Both the position numbers and the translations under genes were made by a program. From Ranitomeya imitator (lineage: Eukaryota), in assembly GCF_032444005.1 (NCBI RefSeq), contig NC_091289.1:22754001-22818000 (forward strand): a stretch of 64,000 nt of DNA, written 5' to 3'. The notes under the pieces were generated by a model. It was not told where the DNA came from and searched no databases. It saw nothing but the letters and a program-made list of their open reading frames with translations. Positions 1-12,157 of the stretch are shown here, in pieces. Position 1 is the first letter of the stretch; every line of letters starts with the position of its first letter.

Positions 1-888
1 ATGTCAGAAAATAAGAAAATGCCATCCGAATAAAAACAGGTCCCCGTTGCGATATATTTAACACCCTCATTGTGTCAGTGCAGACCCAACCGTTGTCCTC
101 ATGACCACATTTAACATAAGCTTTATGTATTAGTAAGAAAAGCATTGCACATTATTGATGACCGTCCTATCAAGATTACATTGCACAGAGGAGTCGGGAA
201 GAACAACATTTGTATAAATAATGACTTATTTTGCTGCAATGGAAAAACCAGAACCTTTTATGTAAAAAAAAAAAAAAGAAAAATAGATACTTAAATATAT
301 TTCCTTAAAAGACTTTCATGAAAAGATATACAAAAAAAAAGTCTCGGTTATCGAGACCATGAGCATTGGCCGTGTCTGAAAAGAATGATTGAAAACACTT
401 TTTATTAAAAGCTTGTTTTAACTACTCTGAAGAGAAAAAACACCCTTCACTTTTTGATAAGAACCAGGTCAATTTAAATCAGTTTTATAGACGAAAGCTT
501 TACCGCATCAGTCTAATATGGACCATTTTTCTTTTTCAAAAAGTTTTGAAAAATGACTTATGTGTATTTTCCAAAAAATGTTCTTGGCCAAGGGATTGTC
601 CATGATGAGAAAAACTTGACTGTTTTTTTTTCTGCCCAAAGATACCTCCTTACTTGTCCCCAGGTTGTATAAAACAGTACGACTCTGCCGTTCCATACCA
701 GAGACAAAGCCTGTGGAGAAGAGTGACGGTGATTCTGAAACAAAGCATCTGTTTTTTTTCAATTTTTTTTACAATTAAGGTCTATAGCATATATTCACTT
801 TTTTATTTTTAGATATAAATGTCAGTGTCCTTGTAATGTTTTTCTGTATTGTTTGTTTTGTTTTTTTTCCCCTGCTTTGTATGAAAAG

Positions 889-1777
889 TGGAACACCCGC
901 CAGGGCCGTGGGGTACTCGGTACCGGGTACAGTACTTAAAGGGATGTGTCACAGCGGCGGTGACCCAGTCCGTGGACCACCTGTGGCATTCGGTCAGGGA
1001 TGACCGACGCTGCTTAAAGGGGTCTTCTGGGATGATGTTATGGCAGCAGGGATGGTATGGCTTCCCACAGGTAAAGCTGGGTCCCCAGGGCTCCCGCCAT
1101 GTTTGGCAAGGATGGTGCAGTGCCGGAAAATAAACAGAGGACACAGGGTTGTAGTCTCTTTACCTGGTTTACTGATGGTAGACAGCCACAGTCCAGTGTA
1201 CCGGATCACAGGTGCTGGTATGGTCCGGCCGGCTTGGAAGCGAGTCTGGAATTCCTCTAACCAGGTGGGGTTGGAAGCCTTCCTTCTAGGCCTCACACAA
1301 GGTCATCGCGTTCTCTCTGTCCCCCTTTAGGTAGGACACTAACCTGCATGACAGGTAACTCAAGCCTTTTTACAGGATCTTTATCACGACCCGGGCTCTA
1401 TCTCCTACTGTGTCTTCAGGTGTTAATGGTGGACAGGTAACTTGCAATCTGCTGTCTGCCGGTTTCTGCCATGGGGCATAGAGTTACCCCAACAACCTCA
1501 GTCTCCCGGCTACCGGTATCTGCGCTCAGCGTGGAGGAAGCTCAGTCGCAGCTTCTCTCTCCAGCTCTTCACTCTCCTTTGCTCCTTTTCCTCCTTCACG
1601 CTCTCTACAGCTTGTTCCATCCTTTTCTCTCTCCTTTCCAGGAGCAGCAGCACTTCACATGGCTGCATGGCACCACACTTTCCTCACTGGAACTGCAGAT
1701 CTTCTCGTCTGCACGTCCCCTTTCCTCTGTCTCTCTGACAGACTGACTGACTACTTTCCTTCCAGCCAGAATATATA
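889..1777 (-). mobile_element. LTR fragment (family A), diverged relative of the family B solo LTRs
   Basis: The reverse complement of 889-1250 aligns with the 3' part of LTRs 1778-3034 and 33620-34831 (shared GGACTGTGG, GTAAAGAGACT, AAGCAGCGTCGGTCA, CCGGTACCGAGTACCCC). Minus-strand terminus is ...GGGTGTTCCA at 889. Interrupted at 1778 and resumes at 3039. Confidence 0.75.
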
Positions 1778-3034
1778 TGCAGCGCCCCAGAGTCCTGGTC
1801 GTTGCAGTAATGTCGTTCTTCCACCAGGGGGAGCGATGTTACGTCTGATGGCACCAAAGGAGTTCACCCTGCCAGGTATCACAGCCACTCACAAACTTCA
1901 CACACCGGCCACCAGGGGGAGCAAAAGGTTCTATCTATTAGGCCACTCCTCACATTTGGGTAAAACTGGGGGTTGGTTAGGAAGTCAGGGAGAAGCTGAC
2001 TGGAGGGAGAAGGAGATAGTCAGTCAGAATTGGAGCCAGGAGGAGAGGGAGAGAAGCAGCCTGGGCTCAGCCCAGGGAATTCCTGTCAGGCAGACAGAGG
2101 AACAAGAAGGAACATCAGCGACTCAGCAGGAAGGACACGGAGCTGCGCCTGCAACCCATGCGGCAGCCTCCTAAGAACGGACAGGAAAGGAAGTGTGCCG
2201 TAGTGAGTGAGCACAGAAGTCATAGCAACAGGAGTGAAACAACAGCGGGAGACCAGCTAGAAGCAGGCTGCCTCCATCTGAGCGCAGATCCGGTGGCCAG
2301 AACACCGAGGGAGTAATAGACTCTACGCTTTACTTCAGAGACTGGCAGGGCAGTCGAGTCCAAGTTGGCTGTCCGACCTAAACACCTAAGCAGACAAGGT
2401 GGCAACGCGGAGGAGGGGCGTCTCTAGGGTCCCTATAAAATAGCCTCAGGCCACCACCGTCATACGGGTTATGTCCTATCCATCTGAGGGACAGAGAGAG
2501 AGAAATAACAAGAGTGAGGACCTTATGGTAGCTAATGCAAGTAGGGACCTACTACGTTACTGTGCGCAAGGGGAAGGCTACTGATTTCCACCTGGATAAG
2601 GGAACTCTGGAATTGCCATCAGACCGGCTGGACTCTGCCTACCCTGTCATCCGACACTCTGGACTGTGGATGCTGAAGCCTTCAGTAAAGGTAAAGAGAC
2701 TGCACCCATTGTGTCCTCGTTATTCACCGCGCCTTGCACCAGCCACCATCACCATCTACACCACTGGGAAGCCCTGGGGATATACTTCACCTGTGGGAAA
2801 GTATACCATCTAGCTGCCATTCCATCAGCCCAGCGGACCCCTAAGCAGCGTTGGTCACCCTGACTGAATACCACAGGTGGCGTCACGAACACTACCGTTA
2901 TCTACGAACTCTGCCTTTTTATTGGGTGCCCCTCATAGGGCCACGGTCCGGGTCGGGCCACCAGGACATCCCCGCTGAAGGAACTGAAGGACCCATTACC
3001 GAGTGCCCCATTGCCCTTACGTGGGGGCGATCCA
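1778..3034 (+). mobile_element. Solo LTR (family B, copy 1), 1257 bp, 4-bp TSD TATA
   Basis: TG...CA termini (TGCAGCGCCCC...GGGGGCGATCCA, imperfect inverted ends). TATA at 1774-1777 and 3035-3038. Second copy at 33620-34831. Confidence 0.9.
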
Positions 3035-3038
3035 TATA

Positions 3039-3132
3039 TATAGGAGAGCCACCCACAAACTGGATCAGAGCTCCCCCTCCTGGCCTGGAGTAAGAACATG
3101 TTGCATGTTTGTGAATACCTGCTAAAGATATC
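3039..3132 (-). mobile_element. Continuation of family A LTR, truncated at the Gypsy LTR
   Basis: Joins 1777 across the TATA TSD. Reverse complement CCAGGAGGGGGAGCTC resembles CCAGGGGGAGC in family B. Confidence 0.6.
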
Positions 3133-3847
3133 TATTAGGATTCAGAATAAGAACCCAAGAGTGGACCCTCTGGGTCATGGCTCTAGAGCCTCCGAGGGCG
3201 AGAAAGCCAGATAGAACCACCCCTATACAGGGAGCATTAGGAGAAGGCCCAAGGGGGATGGAGACACAACTGCTAGAGCCAATGGGGCGACTACAGGCAG
3301 GAGAGGAAAAGAGACTGAGGACTGAAGGGAACAGACAGATGCAGGGAGCACAGGGAATATGGACACTGATGGGAACCCGAGAACCGGACAAGGATCAATA
3401 CGATGCTGCAAAAAGGAGACCAAAAATGATGGAGACTGGGAGACAAGACCTGATGCCAGACAGGCACGGTTTGAGACACAGGAGTGGCACCGCAGAGACA
3501 CAGGACAGGCACAGCAGAGACACAGGACTGGTGCGGCTTAGTCACTGGGCAAGCACGACAGAGACACAGGGCTGGTATGGCAGAGACACAGGGTAGGCAC
3601 GGCAGAGGCACAGGACAGGCAAGGCAGAGACACAAGGCAGGAACAGCAGAGACACAGGGGGCCTGTGGACTAAAGAAAGCGCTGACATCAAATGCAGCGT
3701 ATAACCTAAGAAGCACAGGTGTCTTACCTAGGAAGACACCGGGAAGAAATACCCGATGGGTGCTGCCATGCTGGGGAGGAGCCATCAGGTATTGACCTCC
3801 CAGGGAACCCAGCGGCTGAGAAGGCGCGACGGCGCATGCGTGAAGTG
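3133..3847 (-). repeat. 3' LTR of Gypsy element, 5'-truncated by an internal deletion
   Basis: Homologous to 7554-~8308. Homology stops at ~3847, where integrase sequence begins directly. Confidence 0.85.
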
Positions 3848-6499
3848 CCATCCCTGCTGCCAAGGACAAGAAATCCACTGCCGATACATCCAAGGTAAAA
3901 GAAACAGGAAGAGGAACACCAGGATGTTGCCCAAAGACTACAAAGAAGGGAGACTTGGAAGATTCACTGGGGTGATTGTTATAAGCGAATTCAGCCCATG
4001 GGAGAAGAGAGACCCAATCATCCTGGTGAGCATTGGAGAAATGCCGAAGGTAGGAAGTTAGAACTTGATTGACTCGTTCCACTTGGCCATTGGATTGTGG
4101 ATGATAAGCAAAAGAGAAATCCAGGTTGATCTTCATTAAACTGCAAAGAGCTCTTCAAAAACGGGAGGTGAATTGGACCCCTCGGTCGGACACAATATGC
4201 TGTGGGAAGCCATGAAGCCGGAAGACATGATGTAAAAAGATTCTCGCCAACTCAGGAGTGGAAGGCAGTCCTGGCAAAGAAACAAAGTGAGCCATCTTGG
4301 AGAACCGATCCACGATTACCAAGATGACAGTACAATTCGAAGAATGAGGCAAATCAGTAACAAAGTCCATAGCAATATGGCTCCAAGGGACAGAAGGCTC
4401 AGACAGTGGATGCAGAAGTCCGGACAGTAGTTGTCTGGGGACCTTGTTCTTGGCACAGGATGGACACGAAGCAATGAACTCCAAGATGTCTAGATGAAGA
4501 AACGGCCATCAATAATGGCGACAAAAAAGAGAGAGTGTCTTCATGACTCCAACATGACCTTCAATTTTGGAGGAATGTCCCCAACGCAACACTCTCTCTC
4601 TGTCACGATCCAAAACTAACATCTTGCCAGGTGGTGGAGAGGTCACTCTCAGGGGGGGCTAGAGTGATGATTCTAGCTGGATTGATGATATGTGCCGGAC
4701 TCTCCTCAATGTCCATTGGCAGAAAAGACCTGGAAAGAGCATCCACCTTGATGTTGTTATTACTGAGTCGAAAATGAAGTTCAAAGTCAAACCGTCCGAA
4801 GAACAAAGACCACCTAGCTTGCCATGGATTGAGCCTTTGAGCAGACTGAAGATAGGCTAAATTCTTTTGATCTGTGTATATAATGAAAGGATGAACGGCT
4901 ACTTCAAGAAGATAACGCCACTCCTCTAAAGCTAACTTAATAGACAGTAATTCCTTATCTCCAATGGAATAATTTCGTTCAGGAGAGGTGAAGGCTTTGG
5001 AGAAGAAGCCACAAGTAACTAAGTGGTTAGAGGAAGATCTCTGCAAAAGGACAGCACCAGCTCCAACGGATGATTTGTCGACCTCGAGGATAAATGGCTT
5101 ATTTGCATCCTGGCAATGAAGCACAGGAGCTGCAGTGAACTTTTGCTTCAGAGTCTGGAAAGCGTCTTCAGCTTCAGAGGACCAACGATTGGAGTTGACT
5201 CCTTTGTGAACAAGAGCGGAAATTGGCTTGGCAATCGAAGAAAAATGAGGGATGAATTGTCTATAGTAATTGGCAAAGCTAAGAAAACGTTGGATTGCTT
5301 TTATTCCAAGAGGACGAAGCCAATTGAGAACAGCAGATACCTTCTCGGGATCCATCTCCAGACCGGACTTCGAGACGATGAAACCAAAGAAGGGCAGAGA
5401 AGTCTGCTCGAAGACGCACTTTTCGATCTTGGCAAAGATCATTGCAAAACTTGACGAACATCTCGTCTATGGGTGGAGAGATTTGGAGAAAAGATGAGAA
5501 TGTCATCTAGATAAACCACAACACTGGAGTAGAGGAGATCATGGAATACGTAATTTACGAACTCTTGGAATACCGCAGAAGTGTTGCAGAGTCCAAATGG
5601 CATAACTAAATACTCATAGTGACTATCACGAGTGTTGAATGCGGTCTTCCACTCATCCCCTGCACGAATTCGGACTATATTATAAGCTGCACGCAGATCA
5701 AGCTTGGTAAATATCTGTGCTCCCCTCAAGCTCAGGAATAAGTGGCAGCGGGTATTTGTTCTTCACCATAATGATGTTTAGGCCTCTGTAATCAATACAA
5801 GGACACAGAGAGCCATCCTTTTTCTTTACGAAGAAGAAGCCTGCTCCGGCAGGAGAAGAGGACTTCGGAATGAAACCCTTGGCAATTTTATCTTGAACAT
5901 ATTCTGACATAGCTTGCGTCTCTGTAGGCGAGAGGGGGTAGATCCTTCCTCTAGGAGGAGTAGCTCCAGGAATAACATCAATGGGGCAGTCGTAGAGTCG
6001 GTGCGGAGGAAGACTCTCAGCCTCCCTTTTGTCAATAACATCCGAGAAAGAGCTGTAGACACAGGGCAATCCGGAAGAGAAAGAAGAAAGAGAAGGAGCA
6101 CCTACTGGACGCACCGGCAGCTGACAACTCCACCGGCAGAACTCTCCCCAGAGCAAAATATTACCATTATGCCAATCTAAAGAATCCAAGGAAGACCAAG
6201 AAGTACCGGATGAGAAAGACCGGCTAAAATATAAAATGCAATTTTCTCCCTATGCAAAGCTCCTACTTGAAGCTCCACCTCGTGTGTAACTTGAGTAATG
6301 GTCTTATGTAAAAGTTTACTATCTACGGATGCGAGGATTCGGGGATTTTCCAACGTACTCACAGGAATAGAAAATTTAATGACCTCCTCTAGCCTAATAA
6401 AATTCCCCGCAGCACCCGAATCTACATATGTGGCTAATGAAAAACGTTTACCACCAACATGCAATAAGACAGACAAAGCAAGAGGTAGAGAGGCATTAC
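3848..6499 (-). pseudogene. pol: Gypsy pol (protease, RT, RNase H, integrase; disrupted)
   Basis: Protease [37 protein letters not shown]. RNase H DKELLSIK/YTDQKNL. Integrase SCPSC, AMDFVTDL, VSDRGVQF, QSNGQVERVNQ. Several frameshifts. Confidence 0.92.
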
Positions 6500-7540
6500 A
6501 TACACCTAGGGCGGCCTCTCTTACCTGACCTAGGCGGAGAAGTTTTCCGGATGTTCCGGACAACCTCGCAGCAGATGGGAGGCACTCCCGCAATAGAAGC
6601 AAAGTCCTTGAGTACATCTCTCCTTACGTCATTGTTCTGACATCCTGAGACAATCGACTTGCATCGGTTCAGGAGCAGACGCCATGGAGGATGTTCCGGG
6701 TCTAGGAGTGGACGGTCTACGAGTGGAAGGTGGAGGCCGAAAAAGTCTCCTCTCCCAGGCACGCTCCTGGAAACGAAGATCAATACGGGTAGCCAGGGAA
6801 ATCAAATCGTTCAAGACAGTTGGGGTGTCGCGACCTGCAAATTCGTCCATTATACGACCGGAGAGACCCCGCCAGAAGGGACCCACCAAAGCCTCATTAT
6901 TCCAGCCTAAATCAGATGACAGAGTATGAAACTGGATAGCGTACCGGCTTACAGCTAGGGACCCTTGGTGGAGGTTAAAGAGAGCCTCAGTAGTAAAGGT
7001 CAGACGTCTCGGTTCATCAAAAACATGATGAAAAATCTCCAAAAATACAGACACCTGGGAGATTACGGGATCGTCTCGCTCCCAGAGAGGATTAACCCAT
7101 GCTAAGGCGTCCCCCTCCAGATGGGAAATCAAAAAGGCTACTTTTGCCCGATCAGTAGGATATTGCTGGGCAAAAGTTCAAAATGGAGGCGACGTTGATT
7201 TAGAAAACCCCGACACAGTTTGGGATCACCATTGTACCAAGGTGGTTTAGCCAAACGAGTAGGAGGGTGGGGAGCAGAAGCTGAGGCAGATGTAGAAGTG
7301 GCCAACTACATTGAGAGCAATCGATCGTCCACCGAAGCCATATAACTAAGAATGAGCCTGGGTGTCACTCTGCTGAACTAACTGCTTTAGGCCAGCTAGC
7401 TGAGAAGCATTCCCAGGATCTGAAGACTGAAGCGAGGAGAGTCGGGTGTCCATTATTTTCATGAAGGGCATGATACGAGTCTGATTCTCCCGTAAAAATA
7501 CCAGCTCTTTCTGGGCAGCAGAAGCTCCAGTGGGGTCCAT
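6500..7540 (-). pseudogene. gag: Gypsy gag (disrupted)
   Basis: MDPTGASAAQKEL start, retrotransposon-gag segment ISHLEGDALAWVNPLWE, and CCHC knuckle CFYCGSASHLLRGC near 6555-6600. Split by stops and frameshifts. Confidence 0.85.
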
Positions 7541-7553
7541 GGCCTGTGCTTAC

Positions 7554-8501
7554 TATTAGGATTCAGAATAAGAACCCGAGAGTGGACCCTCTGGGTCGTG
7601 GCTCTAGAGCCCCCGAGGGCGAGTGGGCCAGATGGAACCACCCCTATACAGGGAGCATTAGGAGAAGGACCAAGGGGGATGGAGACACAACTGCTAGAGC
7701 CAAAGGGGTGACTACAGGCAGGAGAGGAAAAGAGACTGAGGACTGAAGGGAACGGACAGATGCATGGGGCACTGGGAATATGAACGCTGATGGGAATTCG
7801 AGATGCGGACAAAGATAAATGAGATGCTGCAAAAAATAGACAAAAAATGATGGAGACTGGGAAACAAGACCTGATGCCAGACAGGCACAGTTTGAGACAC
7901 AGGAGTGGCACAGCAGAGACACAGAACTGGTGCGGCTGAGTCACCGGGCAAGCACAACAGAGACACAGGGCTGGTATGGCAGAGACACAGGGCAGGCATG
8001 GCAGAGGCACAGGGCAGGCACGACAGAGGCATAAGGCAGGAATGGCAGAGACACAGGGCAGGCACGGCAGAGGCACAGGGCAGGCACTGCAGAGACACAA
8101 GGCAGGAACAGCAGGGACACAGGGAGCTTGAGGACTAAAGAAAGAGCTGACATCAAATGCAGCTTATACCCAAAGAAGCACAGGCGTCTTACCTATCCGG
8201 CTGGGAAGAAATACCCGATGGGCGCTGCCGTGTTGGGGAGGAGCCATCAGGTCGTGACCTCCCAGGGAACCAGGCGGCGGAGGAGGTGTGACCGCGCATA
8301 TGCGAAGTGATGACGCACCGAGATCCGGAGAAGACAGAGGAGGAGCGGCGAGGGACCGAGTCGGGAGCGTGCCGAGGGATGGGAGAAGGCAGGTAAGTAT
8401 CTGAGGACGTGACAATATCCTTCCTTGCTTCCAAGCATGACATCACTCTCCCCATGAGGATAGCAATGCCACTGTAACAGCCGGTTACCTGGGGTGTCAC
8501 A
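7554..8501 (-). repeat. 5' LTR of Gypsy element, with internal GCAGAGACACAGG-type minisatellite
   Basis: Minus strand starts TGTGACACCCCAGG and ends GAATCCTAATA, 14 nt before the gag ATG at 7540. Direct repeat of 3133-3847. Confidence 0.9.
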
Positions 8502-8509
8502 CAAGCTTA

Positions 8510-9330
8510 CTCGCGAAGCTGCAGGGTTTAGAGCTCATCTGCTGCTTCAGGAGTTGGAAATTCAGAGTTCAGCTGATGCTTTTGGAGCTGCAAGTTCAGA
8601 GTTCAGCTGCTGCATGTGGCGCTGCAATTTTCAGAGTTCAGCTGCTGCTTGTGCAACGACAAGTTCCCAACTCAGCTGCCACATGTGAGCTGCAAGTTCC
8701 CACCTCAGTTACTGCTCGTAGAGATGCAAATTTGAAACTCAGCTGCCACTTGCGGAGCTTCAAGATTCAGAACTCAGCTGCTGTTTGCATAGCTGCAAGT
8801 TCAGAGTTCTGTTACGGCTTGTGGAGCTACAAGATTTACAGCTTAACTGCTGCTTGGGAAGCTGCAACTTCATTACTCAGCTGCTGCTTGTGGCGCTGCA
8901 ATGTTCAGAGTACAGCTGCTGCTTGCGCAGTGACAAGTTCCCAGCTCAGTTGCAACTTGTGGAGCTGAAAAGGTCCCAGCTCAGCTACTGCTTGCAGAGA
9001 TGCAAGTTTGGCATTCAGCTGCCACTTGCGGCGCTGCAAGGTTCAGAATTCAGCTGCTGCTTGCATAGCTGCAGGTTCAGAGTTCCGTTACCGCTTGTGT
9101 AACTGCAAGATTTACAGATTAGCTGCTGCTTGCGAAGCTGCAAGTTCAGACTTCAGTTGCTGCTTACAAAACTGCAAGTTCAGAGTTCAGCTGCTGATTG
9201 TGGAGCTGGAAGTTCAGAGCTCAGCTGCTACTGGCAGAGCTACAAGGTTCAGAGCTCAGCTGCAGCTTGTAGAGCTGCAGGCTTAGAACTCAGATGCTGC
9301 TTATGGGGCTGCAAGTTCAAAAGTTCAAAG
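8510..9330. repeat. Minisatellite, ~34-35-bp unit (GCTGCAAGTTCAGAGTTCAGCTGCTGCTTGTGGA-like), ~23 copies
   Basis: Directly visible tandem units, with a 276-bp higher-order duplication (8785 vs 9061). Confidence 0.9.
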
Positions 9331-9949
9331 CTCATGCCCAATGTGCAATTAACTTTGCTGTTTGCTCTTTAGACTTATATTGAAGAGAATGAAAAAATGC
9401 TTGCAAATAAGTACACTTGCATTTTTTTAGTGTACAATCCCAGTGGTTCTGCACTAAAAAAAAAGCACGTGAAAAAATTGCGTGAAATCTGCACCAAAAA
9501 TTCATCAAAAAAAGAGGAAACAAACACAAGAATCACAGCAGATTGCTTTTACGTATTTTGGAGCAGACACCTTCAGAAAAAATGCAGCAGAAAAAAACTA
9601 GACTTAAAGATCTGTAAAGTGCTACCTTTCTTTTCCAAATTCTCATCTCTTAAAGCTCTAGTCTACACTTCCTAAAGAAATCTTTTAGGGGATGGTCTTC
9701 CAAAGGAAAGCGGTGGAACTGAAATCTGGTCTGGATAAGTGAGTGGTCTTGTCAAAAGGGTGTTACTTCCGTTGAATAAAAAATGTATACAAAAAAATAG
9801 TAATTAAAAATAGTAACTAAAGTAGGAAAGCCATGAAATTATCAAGATTGTAGACTTCAAATTTTGGTCTATAAATGTTTGCTTAGTTTGCCCATAAGGT
9901 TTTTGAAAATTACATGGATGACCCAGAAAATATGAACAAAGATTGTTCA

Positions 9950-10230
9950 TCAACTCAAGTCAACTCTTCCTCTTCTTGATATGAGAAAACCACATAATGT
10001 AGGAATGAGTTGAAAGAAAGTCAAGATGGTGATCACCAACAAGATGGATGGAGACAAGTATAGAAATCCTCAACACACTATTCCTTAACCTGAATAACCC
10101 AGCAGAAGACCAGACATCCTGGTAAAACAATTTCTTTATGATTTCCGGGAGTCGAAATTGATTCACCAGATTTGATCTCATCCTTCATAAGAAGGGACAT
10201 ATTGATGCTACAATAACATTTCTTATTTAA
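9950..10230 (+). pseudogene. Possible highly degraded L1-like ORF2 3' remnant
   Basis: Translation ELKESQDGDHQQDGWRQV*KSSTHYS resembles the W-x-Q-(I/V)-W-K-S segment of vertebrate L1 ORF2. Judged by eye only. Confidence 0.25.
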
Positions 10231-10476
10231 TTTATGTGTTGCGGTGAGTAGGAAGACAGTGATGGAATTCTGCTTGTTTTATAATATGGGTAATAGGGAA
10301 TGATTCCAACAAAAATCTAAACTTTTTGGTGGCTATACACTCTGAAAATGGTGGCTGACTTCTTAATTGGAGAGTTGTGGTTGGCACTACTGTAGTGGTG
10401 CTTGAGTTGGTACTGTGAGAAGCTGTGTCATTTGTTTGGCAACGTACTGAGGACACTATAGCTGGCTGGTCCTGTT

Positions 10477-11250
10477 AAAGGGGTTATCCACCAGATAGGT
10501 AATATTGGTGGGGGTCTGAAAGCTGGGACTCACTGGAGAATTTTTAACCTCAAGGGGCTCCTTTTATCCCCTATAGGTCAGAGAGACAGTATGTATGCCC
10601 AACCATCACTCCATTCTATTGGGGATAACAGTTACCCGTTCTACCCAGCGTTCGGACCACCACCAGTCAATAACGCATCACTTCTCTTGTGGAAAGGTGA
10701 TAGCTTATGTTCACCTGACAATCCCTTTACACAAAAATACTAGCCTCGCTCTGCTCTTGGGACACTGTTTGTAGCCTATCTCTGAAGAATTGTGGTTGGC
10801 TCCCCAATACACAGTGGATTTCATGGTTGGCTTTGTTCTGTTGCAGTAAGGGTTACTGATTCACCAGATAGGTGATAACTTACTGAACAATGGTGTCCGA
10901 TCATTGGGACACACTGGGGAACTTTTAACCCCAAGGGGCCATTTTTATCATCGAAAGGATGGAGAAGCAGTATACATGACCAACCATCACTCCATTCCTA
11001 TGGTAATAAAAGTTCCTCTTTCTACTCAATCGGTGCGGGCCCCAGTAGTCTGACCCCCACCTATCAATAAGTTATCACTTTTCTTGGGGATAGGTGATAG
11101 CTTGTGTTCACTGGACAAAAATGTTAAGGAAAAATACTCAACCTGCTTTGCTTTTGGGGCCATTTCTGAAGAATAGAGGTTTGCTCCCCACTAAACAGTA
11201 GATTCCATGGTTGGCTTTGTTCTGTTGCATGAAAGGTCTCTGATACACCT
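10477..11250. repeat. Old tandem duplication (~375-bp unit) containing a T2-type MITE plus flank
   Basis: CACCAGATAGGT, CAACCATCACTCCATTC, AGGTGATAGCTT and ATGGTTGGCTTTGTTCTGTTGCA each occur twice ~375-385 bp apart. First unit begins TTAA-AGGGGTTATCC. Confidence 0.7.
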
Positions 11251-12157
11251 CCGCCCATTTTTTTCAGCTTTCTATATATTGATTGGAAAATTAATAGGCA
11301 CGCTATTCTGTAAGTGGGTATGATATCGGTACGATACGTTGACTATATTCAGTTGATAACATTTTTTTTTGTCTATCTTATGTTTGCGCTCACTTATAAC
11401 ATTATCATTAGTAGGGATTCTCTTTAATATGATTTTTTTTTTCAGAAGTTCCCAAAGTAAAAATGTTGCCAATAAAAAAGAAAATACCGTTTTTTGTTGT
11501 TGTTTTTCTTTCCTATTTTCACTTTCCCTCATCAATCCATTCCTTAAATCTTTTAAGACATATTTTCAAGAACAAATTAACAAAAAAGTCCCCAGGAAAC
11601 TTCAAGAATTTCAAAAATCTGATAAGAATTTCCCATGTCCCCCGATTCTCATCTTGGTTTTTCACCCCCTCGTTTTTATAAATATCGTTAACATTCAGTC
11701 ATGTGTCCTCAAAATCTTCAATCATCTGGTTTCATTTTAAACTATTTCACCCACATTTAATTGTAACCACTGAAATAAGTGCCTCGAAACGCTGAACACA
11801 TCTGGTCACATTTCAGATCCTCGCAATTTGTTAGTCTAGGACGCTTCATTTCCTTTCTTATTACTTGGCTTGGGGATAAAACAGAGAAAAGTTGGGGCTT
11901 TTTGTTGTTTGATTTTTTTTTCTTACATAGAGGAAGTTGATAATTTGGTAATATGTACAAATCACTTACTTCCAGTTTAAAACAATCTCAATGTTATGGC
12001 TGTGTGGGCCGGCTGTAGAACAATTAATCATTTCTTAATGATGGAAAATTAAGAAAAATCAAAGATAATTCGTCGGAAGGGCATTGTGTTCTTATTGGCC
12101 TCATAGTCTACTGATAGTTCTAATCAGCAAAAATTAGATAATCAGGTCTATGCTTAA

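Larger units (their letters stand above)
3133..8501 (-). mobile_element. Degenerate Ty3/Gypsy (chromovirus/sushi-like) LTR retrotransposon
   Basis: Two direct repeats (3133-3847, 7554-8501) flank gag-PR-RT-RH-IN in Gypsy order on the minus strand. Multiple frameshifts and stops. Confidence 0.95.

Noticed and set aside
7459-8156. Cys-rich ORFs (CLCRACPVPLPC...) in Gypsy LTRs, also at 3291-3800
   Set aside because: They are translations of an LTR-internal minisatellite, not metallothionein- or keratin-like genes.
8576-9372. Ala/Cys/Gln-rich ORFs of 80-130 aa
   Set aside because: Products of the 35-bp minisatellite.
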